Below are positions 30,558 to 39,848 of a stretch of DNA of 64,000 nucleotides, one piece after another. Made by a program: the position numbers and the translations under genes. Location of the stretch: positions 3,277 through 67,276 of the forward strand of contig JAKLFA010000001.1 in NCBI GenBank assembly GCA_022711395.1. Reading direction: 5' to 3'. Position 1 is the stretch's first letter. Each line of letters begins with the position of its first letter. A model generated the notes under the pieces. It was given only the letters and a program-made list of their open reading frames with translations, did no database searches and was not told the DNA's origin. The stretch is from Candidatus Omnitrophota bacterium. GTDB lineage: Bacteria > Omnitrophota > Gorgyraeia > Zapsychrales > JANLHA01.

Positions 30558-31639
30558 ACACCGTTTGGTATAAAAAAGTTTTTTTTGCCATATTCGCTGC
30601 GGCTGTTCTATGCGCGCTCGCGGAGATTTCTTTGCGGGTCATTTATTATCAAAAGAGCGATGCGGAACCGTTGTGCGCGGTAAAGGTTTATAAAAAGCTG
30701 CGGAAAAATCATCTTCAGCGCGCGGCTCAAAAAGAAGCCGGGGACATGGCCCTCAGCAAGGACCACTTGCGTTTTTTGTATTCCGACGCTGGAGAAGATC
30801 TTTTGGTGGAGCTCCAGGCAAGGTATGAGGGTGAATTTAAAAAATTGCGGGATGAGCTGGCCAGGGAGAATGTTCATTTGGTGATGCTGTATCTGCCGCA
30901 TTACGCTTATTGGAACACGCACATGCCGGACTCGCGGGATTTCTTTAAAAGCCTGGCAGAACGATCCGGCGTGGATTTTATCGACATGACCGATGATTTG
31001 CTTCACTACGGGCTTGAGGAGGTCACACTGCTCCCTGAAGATCATCATTTGTCGAGATTTGGAAATCAGATCATCGCCAAGCGGCTATCTGGATATCTTA
31101 AGGATTTTGAGTCGCACCGCAGCGCGTTGAAGTTTAGTGAGCGCCCGGTTCTGCTCGGAGATGAGCGGCCCGGATTTTATGATCTGAGCCCCTGGGATAA
31201 GCGGATGCCGTTTATTTTAAAAACCAATGCGCAGGGCTTGCGCATGGATTATGACCTGGCATTCCCGAAAACACAGCAGCGGGTGCTTGTCCTGGGGGAT
31301 TCTTATACTTTTGGTCCGTATCTTGAGAATGCGCACACGTTTCCGGCGATCCTGGACAGAAAGCTGGAACATGCTGAGGTCATCAACGCCGGCCATGGCG
31401 GTTACACGATCTCGCACGAATCTTCACTGTATTTTGAGCGGGCGCAGTATAGTGAGCCTGATATTGTGGTCCTTCAGGTTTTGGACAATGATCTTGAAGG
31501 GCTTGTGTATATTCATGAAAATCAATACGACCGTCATGGCAAAGCCCGGACGCCGACCACGGCAGAAAGGGCTTTTTTGGAGCAAGCTATTCGATTGGAC
31601 AATAAAAAAGCCCAACCCCTAACGGGGCCGGGCTTTTAA
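30554..31639 (+). CDS. membrane-anchored SGNH/GDSL-like hydrolase-fold protein, paralog 2 (4-nt overlap with paralog 1)
   Basis: Same architecture with RVLVLGDSYTFGPY...INAGHGGYTI. Roughly 70% aa identity to paralog 1 outside the identical tract. Confidence 0.5.
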   Translation: MNTVWYKKVFFAIFAAAVLCALAEISLRVIYYQKSDAEPLCAVKVYKKLRKNHLQRAAQKEAGDMALSKDHLRFLYSDAGEDLLVELQARYEGEFKKLRDELARENVHLVMLYLPHYAYWNTHMPDSRDFFKSLAERSGVDFIDMTDDLLHYGLEEVTLLPEDHHLSRFGNQIIAKRLSGYLKDFESHRSALKFSERPVLLGDERPGFYDLSPWDKRMPFILKTNAQGLRMDYDLAFPKTQQRVLVLGDSYTFGPYLENAHTFPAILDRKLEHAEVINAGHGGYTISHESSLYFERAQYSEPDIVVLQVLDNDLEGLVYIHENQYDRHGKARTPTTAERAFLEQAIRLDNKKAQPLTGPGF

Positions 31640-31641
31640 AA

Positions 31642-31718
<77 letters not shown>

Positions 31719-31935
31719 GTGCTTTGAATGACAGCGCGGCTGAAGGGCACGATACCCCGCAAAACACCCATTTTTTAAATAACGAGTTTGTATTCTAACA
31801 TAAATGTCTTTGAAATCAAGCAATTTAAATGGCTGCCTTCAGCAGAAAATGGTCCGGTGATTGTTGGGCCCGGCTCGATTTTATGCTACAATTTCATACG
31901 ATCTACAAACAGAAATATGCGTCGGAGAACAGGCT

Positions 31936-32394
31936 ATGCAGGGTATAAGAGTGATCGTTCATAGACTGAATGTTGTTTTGATCTCATGCTGTGTGTTTTT
32001 GGTCTCGTCCGGCTGCTCGAAAGCACGAAAGATCGAAGGCGGATCATGGTCCTTTAAGGGCGCTGCAGGAAGGGTTGTCGTTGAAGACGGCCGGTATTAT
32101 TTCGGACGGAAAAAGAAAGACCCAAAGTATACGACCGTCACGGAATACAGCAAACACGCGTGTTATTTTAAATTCCAGTTGGTCAATCAGACGGACCAGC
32201 CCCTTCAGATCAAGACTATGGGGGAATTGCTGGATAAAGATGGAGCTCAGCTGGAGAGCGTCATGACCAATTATTATAAATCACTGGCCCCTGGGGAAGA
32301 AAAGACCATCGAAGGGTTCTTTGGTGTGACCAAAAAGGATGTTCTGCAGACAAAGCGTTTTCAGGTGGCGGTCACGGACATTCAATTTCAATAG
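31936..32394 (+). CDS. lipoprotein of unknown function
   Basis: GGAGAACAGG RBS. MQGIRVIVHRLNVVLISCCVFLVSSGCSK carries a lipobox. Confidence 0.5.
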   Translation: MQGIRVIVHRLNVVLISCCVFLVSSGCSKARKIEGGSWSFKGAAGRVVVEDGRYYFGRKKKDPKYTTVTEYSKHACYFKFQLVNQTDQPLQIKTMGELLDKDGAQLESVMTNYYKSLAPGEEKTIEGFFGVTKKDVLQTKRFQVAVTDIQFQ

Positions 32395-32616
32395 TCTTTC
32401 GAAAAGCGATAATTCTGCCGCAGCAATAATATTTGCTTGTTATTGGCGGTAATGTGTTATACTAATCCATGAATAGTAAGAAGATCTCAAACCGCAAAGG
32501 GGAGAAATCATCCTTTGCGGTTTTTTTTGGCCTCTCTCATGAAGTCCGCATGACCAGCCTGAAAGACCTTCTCGAAACAGAAACAATAAGTTTATAACAA
32601 TCAGGAGAAAAGTTAC

Positions 32617-33858
32617 ATGATCAAGACACAAAACCCGCTGGAGAAGATGGCTTCTCCCGCATTGAGCTTCTACGGGCTTGGGATCGCTCCCAAGATCATG
32701 GAGATCATCGCTCAACTGAAGTTCACAAACGCAACGCCTATACAGCATAAAGCGATCCCCATCGCTTTGGAAGGCAAGGATTTTATTGGGATCGCGCAGA
32801 CCGGAACAGGAAAAACCATGGCGTTTGCCATCCCCACGGTCCAGAACCTTGCTAAGGGACAGTCGTCGGCATTGATTCTGGTCCCGACCAGGGAATTGGC
32901 CCTGCAGGTGGAGGAAAGCATTTCCAAGATCGCCCGTTCTTTTGCGATGAAGTCCGTGGTTCTGATCGGGGGGGCGCCGATCCACGCGCAGATCAGGTCT
33001 TTAAAACAGCAGCCGCGCATATTGATCGCCACGCCCGGCCGGCTGATCGACCTGATGCAACAGCGAAAGGTTCAGCTTAATAAGATCGGAATTTTGGTCC
33101 TGGATGAGGCTGACCGCATGCTGGATATGGGGTTTGCTCCGCAGATCGAGAGGATCTTAAAAGAGGTCTCCGTTAAGCGTCAGACCATGCTTTTTTCAGC
33201 GACCATGCCTTCAGCGATCGTCACGATCGCCACGGCGCATATGAAATTCCCGGTTCAGGTCGAGATCGCTCCTCCCGGGACATCCGCTGAAGATGTTTCA
33301 CATGAGCTGTTTATTGTTCCCAGGGAGAAAAAGCAGGAGATCCTGAAAGATCTATTGCAAAAATATCGTGGATCGATCCTGTTGTTCTGCCGCACGAAGA
33401 TCGGAACGCAAAAGCTCGCCCGGGCATTGCGTAACCTTGGACATAAGGCGGCAGAGATCCATTCTGACAGGTCCTTGTCCCAAAGAAAAGACGCGTTGGA
33501 AGGCTTCCGAAAGGGACGCTACCGGATCCTTGCGGCGACGGATATCGCCTCTCGCGGGATCGATGTCGCGGGGATCGAGCTGGTCATCAATTATGATCTT
33601 CCGGAAGACCCCGAGAATTATGTTCATCGTATCGGCCGGACCGGACGCGCCGGTATGGCCGGCCACGCGGTGTCCTTTGCGTCTCCTGACCAGCGCCAAG
33701 ATGTGCAGAACATTGAGCGCCTGATGAAGATGACGATCCCGATCTCTGTGCATCCGGATGGCACGGTCGCGCAGTTCGATAAACCAAGGAATGTGTTCAG
33801 CGGCCGGAAAATGCCTGGAAGGAGAAAGATATCCTTTCGGGGCAGAGGCCGGCGTTAA
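32617..33858 (+). CDS. DEAD-box ATP-dependent RNA helicase
   Basis: Q motif, AQTGTGKT, PTRELA, DEAD (VLDEADRMLDMGF), SAT, HRIGRTGRAG, and a basic C-terminal tail. Confidence 0.9.
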   Translation: MIKTQNPLEKMASPALSFYGLGIAPKIMEIIAQLKFTNATPIQHKAIPIALEGKDFIGIAQTGTGKTMAFAIPTVQNLAKGQSSALILVPTRELALQVEESISKIARSFAMKSVVLIGGAPIHAQIRSLKQQPRILIATPGRLIDLMQQRKVQLNKIGILVLDEADRMLDMGFAPQIERILKEVSVKRQTMLFSATMPSAIVTIATAHMKFPVQVEIAPPGTSAEDVSHELFIVPREKKQEILKDLLQKYRGSILLFCRTKIGTQKLARALRNLGHKAAEIHSDRSLSQRKDALEGFRKGRYRILAATDIASRGIDVAGIELVINYDLPEDPENYVHRIGRTGRAGMAGHAVSFASPDQRQDVQNIERLMKMTIPISVHPDGTVAQFDKPRNVFSGRKMPGRRKISFRGRGRR

Positions 33859-33924
33859 AAATTACGCGCTCAGCGGCTGGCGCTGTTGGTCTATGTTATA
33901 AAAAATAATAACTGGGACTAAAAA

Positions 33925-34125
33925 ATGGAAACAGGACATATCGTTGAGCTTTTTCAGGAAAAAGAATACGGATCCATAAGGACGAATGGCGGAGAAGCCG
34001 TTCATTTTCACAAGCGTTGTCTTTGGGGGATCGCTTTTGATCAGCTGCATGAAGGACAAGCTGTCAAATTTTTCACGCAGTCGACGATCAAGGGGCTGTT
34101 GGGTTTTGATGTTCAGCCTGTTTAG
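33925..34125 (+). CDS. cold-shock-domain-like small protein
   Basis: 66 aa. GHIVELFQEKEYGSIRTNGGEAVHFH...LHEGQAVKF fits the CSD OB-fold pattern. Confidence 0.45.
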   Translation: METGHIVELFQEKEYGSIRTNGGEAVHFHKRCLWGIAFDQLHEGQAVKFFTQSTIKGLLGFDVQPV

Positions 34126-34221
34126 AGATGTTTTAAAGCTCATGCGCTTAAAAGAGCGTCTATTTTCGTAAAGGCTTGGATCTTTTTTGGAATGGTCCAG
34201 TCCTTAAAATAAGGAAGGCTT

Positions 34222-34623
34222 ATGGCCGAGGGAAATGAAGATATAAAGATCATCGGAGTTGATAAAGAAGCGATTAAAATCAGCTCAGAAAAAGGGGAAT
34301 ACTGGAGCATTCCTTTCAGGTTGTCGCATGTTCCCGACCAATCCTGGCATAAAAAGTTCCATGAGGTCCGCGAAAAGGACAAAAATCTTTTGAAACGAAA
34401 GGTTCAAGTTTCAGAGAAAATGATCAGCGTGGAGGTTTCTGGAGCGGACGACCTGCAGAAAGTCCTTGATGTGCTTAAGATCCAGATAGCTGAAACAAAT
34501 ATTTTATGTGCAGAAGATTATCAGAAAAAACTCAAGATTCGTCAGGAATTGGAAGACCTTCAGCAGAAGCAAAGGGATATTACCACGAAGTTCAAGGATG
34601 ATTCCGCGAAATTGAAATTTTAA
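34222..34623 (+). CDS. hypothetical coiled-coil protein
   Basis: AGGAAGG RBS. Charged, helical composition. Confidence 0.4.
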   Translation: MAEGNEDIKIIGVDKEAIKISSEKGEYWSIPFRLSHVPDQSWHKKFHEVREKDKNLLKRKVQVSEKMISVEVSGADDLQKVLDVLKIQIAETNILCAEDYQKKLKIRQELEDLQQKQRDITTKFKDDSAKLKF

Positions 34624-34742
34624 AAAGTTTTGGTGGTTTTTAGGGCAGGATCTTTATTGAATGAAGAGACTGCCCTTTTTTATTTGACAAAACATGCTTA
34701 TGTTGTATACTCTACTATATTGGTGGGAATAATAGGTGATAT

Positions 34743-35183
34743 ATGAAATTAACATACAAGGGCGATTATGCTTTAAAAGCCGTGCTGGATCTGGCCATTC
34801 ATTACGGCAAAGAATTGGTCACAAGCCATGATCTGGCAAGACGTGTTGACGCTCCGGTAAAATTTTTTGAACAGGTCCTCATGGAGCTGAAAAAGGGGGG
34901 GATCATTGACAGCCGGCGCGGGAAAGAAGGGGGATATTTATTATCCAAAGCCCCATCCCAGATCACGGTCGGGGATGTGGTGAGGATCATTGACGGGCCG
35001 ATCGAACCGATCGCCTGCGTAAAGGACAGATATCGTAATTGCCAGGACATTGACCGGTGCGTCTTTCGAAATGTCTGGCAAAAGGTGCATCAGGCGACTT
35101 CTGACATTATCGATCATGTGACGTTTGAGGAGCTGGTTTCACAGGTTAAAGCGGGGCAAGACACACCAACGTATTCTATTTAG
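34743..35183 (+). CDS. Rrf2-family transcriptional regulator (IscR/CymR-like)
   Basis: MKLTYKGDYALKAVLDLA...SHDLARRVDAPVKFFEQVLMELKKGGIIDSRRGKEGGYLL winged HTH. Sits directly upstream of metY. Confidence 0.8.
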   Translation: MKLTYKGDYALKAVLDLAIHYGKELVTSHDLARRVDAPVKFFEQVLMELKKGGIIDSRRGKEGGYLLSKAPSQITVGDVVRIIDGPIEPIACVKDRYRNCQDIDRCVFRNVWQKVHQATSDIIDHVTFEELVSQVKAGQDTPTYSI

Positions 35184-35277
35184 GGAAGGTTTCATGAGGA
35201 TCTTTATCGAACAATTTCTCAGCGTGAACTGTTGCATGGCGATGTGCCACCTGCCCACGGGTGGAGGTCCGCCGATG

Positions 35278-35298
35278 TGACGCGTTCGTGACGCGTTA
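35278..35298 (+). promoter_or_regulatory. direct/palindromic repeat GTGACGCGTT-c-GTGACGCGTT in the metY leader (candidate Rrf2 operator)
   Basis: A 10-nt unit repeated twice, each containing palindromic ACGCGT, between the Rrf2 regulator gene and metY. Confidence 0.3.
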
Positions 35299-35326
35299 GG
35301 CGCAAAAAGGGACCCACTGCCCGTGA

Positions 35327-36721
<1,395 letters not shown>

Positions 36722-36734
36722 GTAAGGGCGGGGC

Positions 36735-37364
36735 TCAGTCATCGAAAAACGAAAAGGCTTTGGATAATTCCTGAATGAGGAATTTATGCTCATCCCAGAG
36801 CTCCTTGGGGGTGACCGAGAAAGAGATCCTGTAGAATTTTTCGTTATGTATGAGGTAATAATCCGTCATCCGCGAGGAAGGCGTTCCATCGGAAAAGGCT
36901 TTAACTCTTAAGGCGTTCTCGTCCGCGAACGAAATCTCTTCCACCGCAAAGCCGTCGGCATAATGGCCTATTTTTTTCATGGCCGTTCTGTCAAGCTGGT
37001 GTAAATAGCGGAAAGCCGTATCGATTTGGGCGACATACATGGCCGCGGCCATGTCCGTGGAGGATAAAAATAAAGCAGTGCCTTCTTCTTTTGGCATGGT
37101 CCAATTGGCCGGGCATTTGAATTGTATCTTGAGGGCCTCACTGCGGCATTGGTCCGGGCTGGACGGGGCATCCGAAGCGGAAGGGCCGCTCTCCTTTTTG
37201 GCGATCCTGTCGAGCATCATATCAAATGTTTTCGAACCGGGTTTGCGCTTGAGCTTTTGACCGACGGTTTGGGAAATGATGCTTTCGTTCGAAAAGCTTG
37301 CTTGCGGAACGACCGCCAGGAGAACGGGGGAAGTAATTATTAATAGAAGGAATAATTTTTTCAT
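36735..37364 (-). CDS. secreted hypothetical protein
   Basis: Signal peptide MKKLFLLLIITSPVLLAVVPQASF. Confidence 0.5.
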   Translation of the reverse strand: MKKLFLLLIITSPVLLAVVPQASFSNESIISQTVGQKLKRKPGSKTFDMMLDRIAKKESGPSASDAPSSPDQCRSEALKIQFKCPANWTMPKEEGTALFLSSTDMAAAMYVAQIDTAFRYLHQLDRTAMKKIGHYADGFAVEEISFADENALRVKAFSDGTPSSRMTDYYLIHNEKFYRISFSVTPKELWDEHKFLIQELSKAFSFFDD

Positions 37365-37512
37365 ATCATAGTATATTAGATGCGCGCTTTTCCAGTAAAT
37401 TCATTATGGGCTCATAATTTCAGGAAGCAATTTTTATTCCAAGTTGACAATTTTTGCCGGAACATGTATTGTTCTTAAGAAGACCGTGGAACGTAATCTA
37501 GGCAGGGCTGTT

Positions 37513-38427
37513 ATGGGTCACTCACACGAGCATCGGGTCATTGAAGAGGAGTTCAGGGAACTGTTTGACCTTGCTGATCAGGTAAGGGATTGTGTCGACG
37601 GGCTTTTAGAAACTTTTAATGAGAGAGAAACAAAACTTTTTGACCTGTCCGCCGCAAGGCGGATTTTTTTGTTTATCCTGACCAGGTCCATCAAAACGTA
37701 TTCGTCGATCGTGGTCCTGTGCCGGCGCGGATACGGCCAGGACGTGGCGACCCTGTTGCGCGGGCTTCTGGAGAATCTGGTCACTGCTGAATATATCCTT
37801 TATGATCCGAAGCATGCCAATCATTTGGCGGCCCGTTTTGTGGCCTACAAGTGGATCATTTTTAAGCGCGCGCTTCCGGAACAGGAGAGGCTGATCAAGG
37901 ACGCCCCCGAGGAACGTCAGAAGGAATTTGACCGCCGCAAGGCCGTTGTGATGGAACATGTTAATGATTTCAAGAAAAAATTCAAAGTCACATCGGATCG
38001 CGCGCTGATCACCTGGTCGGGCAAGACCGTGCGTGATATGGCCAAACATGTCAGCGCGGAGCTTTTGGCGGAATATGATGAAACGTTCCGTCAATGTTCT
38101 AAATTTTCCCATCCCAGTATTCTTGGAGACCAGGAATACATGGTCCGGGACAGCAAGAATCTTATCTTTTCTCCGCAACCTTCCGAGATCGGGGTCGCGA
38201 TCAACCTGAAACAGGCGATCAAATATTTTTTGGAATTTGCTGACCTGGTCAATGAGCAGTTTGATCTTAACAGAAAGGTTTTAATTGACCGTCTTCGTCA
38301 GCAGTGGTCCGGCCTTCAGGGAAATCCGCTCAAATCAGACGGGCTCGCCCTTGTCCAGTCGAAAGAAGCGATCCCTATTCGGGATTGCACCGTTGTGTTT
38401 AAGACCAATGGAAAAGTCCGTTCCTAG
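37513..38427 (+). CDS. hypothetical cytoplasmic protein (304 aa), no recognised domain
   Basis: Clean ORF beginning MGHSHEHRVIEE. Confidence 0.45.
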   Translation: MGHSHEHRVIEEEFRELFDLADQVRDCVDGLLETFNERETKLFDLSAARRIFLFILTRSIKTYSSIVVLCRRGYGQDVATLLRGLLENLVTAEYILYDPKHANHLAARFVAYKWIIFKRALPEQERLIKDAPEERQKEFDRRKAVVMEHVNDFKKKFKVTSDRALITWSGKTVRDMAKHVSAELLAEYDETFRQCSKFSHPSILGDQEYMVRDSKNLIFSPQPSEIGVAINLKQAIKYFLEFADLVNEQFDLNRKVLIDRLRQQWSGLQGNPLKSDGLALVQSKEAIPIRDCTVVFKTNGKVRS

Positions 38428-38442
38428 AATATTAATATTTTT

Positions 38443-38499
38443 AGTATGTCCATTATTGTCATATTATGTCCAAGTATGTCCATTTTTGTCATATTGACA
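38443..38499 (+). promoter_or_regulatory. direct repeats AGTATGTCCAtt(a/t)TTGTCATATT x2, overlapping a TTGACA -35 hexamer, upstream of the AraC-family gene
   Basis: 23-nt units at 38443-38465 and 38473-38495 with an extra ATGTCCA between them. TTGACA at 38494-38499, about 90 nt before the AraC start. Confidence 0.4.
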
Positions 38500-38585
38500 G
38501 CTTGGGGCGGCAGGAGCATGATAGTCCTTACTTTGGCTTTCGGATATCCGCAAGCATATAAGTGGTTTAAGAAAAACGTGTTGCC

Positions 38586-39455
38586 ATGCGAGATAATATT
38601 CTTCTTCACTATCTGACAGGCAACAAATCCTATCACCTTTTGCGGCAGCTCATCAACACGTTCTATGGATTTGACCTGGAGCTTTTGACCCTTGAAGGTG
38701 AGTTCATTGATCCGCCTTCAGAGAGAAGGTTCCGCTCTTTTTCCGGTCTCGAGGCCCCGACACAAACACCATCATCCCGCAGGTTTTTCGATCAGGATAT
38801 CCTGCAGCAGGTCCAGGATTCCCGTCATACGTTGGTCACGGAGTGCAAGGAGAGGGGCTATAAACAGCTCTTTGTCCCTGTTCTGCAGAAACGCGACGTT
38901 GTCGGATTTGTGTTCGTCAGCGAAGACGGCAATGTCCGCCTCACAGATGCCGAGGTCCAGATCACGATAGAATTTCTCGCGGATTATATCCGCATGCTGG
39001 TCAAGACGGACCTTGAATTCATCGAATTTTTCCAGAACAAGGACATGTCGCACCAGCAGTGCGTGATCCATGATGTGATCAATTACGTCCAGGAGCATTA
39101 TCAGGAAACCCACCTGACGCTTAGGGATATCGCCAGCTGGCGGGGGATCAGTTATCATTATCTCAGCTCGTTGTTTAAAAAAGAGATCAAGATGCCGTTC
39201 AAAACATACTTGACCCACGTGCGTCTTGAAAGGGCGGCTCATCTTTTGCAGAGCCGGCATGTGCCTGTGGGCCAGGTCGCCCGTGAATGCGGGTTCGAGG
39301 ACCCGGGCTATTTCAGCAAGGCCTTCAAGCGCCAAACTGGCCTTTCCCCTTTGGCCTACCGCGAACATCCGGTGCAAGTTAAGACGCATTCCGCAAAAGG
39401 CTTCCAATGCGCGCTTTCCAAATACGGGATCAGCTGTAAAAAGAACCGTCGGTAA
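38586..39455 (+). CDS. AraC/XylS-family transcriptional regulator
   Basis: C-terminal twin HTH (TLRDIASWRGISYHYLSSLFKKE...VGQVARECGFEDPGYFSKAFKRQTGLSPLAYRE). Confidence 0.8.
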   Translation: MRDNILLHYLTGNKSYHLLRQLINTFYGFDLELLTLEGEFIDPPSERRFRSFSGLEAPTQTPSSRRFFDQDILQQVQDSRHTLVTECKERGYKQLFVPVLQKRDVVGFVFVSEDGNVRLTDAEVQITIEFLADYIRMLVKTDLEFIEFFQNKDMSHQQCVIHDVINYVQEHYQETHLTLRDIASWRGISYHYLSSLFKKEIKMPFKTYLTHVRLERAAHLLQSRHVPVGQVARECGFEDPGYFSKAFKRQTGLSPLAYREHPVQVKTHSAKGFQCALSKYGISCKKNRR

Positions 39456-39646
39456 AAATTCCCATTCTTTCACAACTTCCTCCATTGCCAAAAACAGGAT
39501 CTTTGCTAAATTAGCGGATACTTGAGCGGGCGGATTCAGCGTCCGTTCTAAAAGAAAATCGGCAAGTTGATGTTTTTCCGTCGAGAAAAATTAAAAATGG
39601 ATCAGCCATGATTTTCGATACTCAAACCATAAAACGCGCGACAATC

Positions 39647-39686
39647 CAAAACCACCGGTTCGTTTCTGCAACCGGTGGTTTTTTGT
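39647..39686 (+). terminator. Rho-independent terminator
   Basis: aaaccaccggtt-cgtttctgc-aaccggtggttt followed by TTTTTGTTTGT. Confidence 0.65.
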
Positions 39687-39848
39687 TTGTCTGGCGAAAG
39701 GAGGTGGTGCCGGCACACAGATAAACGAGGCAGACGCAGGGCACATGCGGGTCAGGGTTAATGCTGAAAGGGATTTCAGCGCCCACCAGAACAATTCATG
39801 TGCCGAAAACGAAACAGATGTTTAATTTTTAAAACACAGGATTGAACC

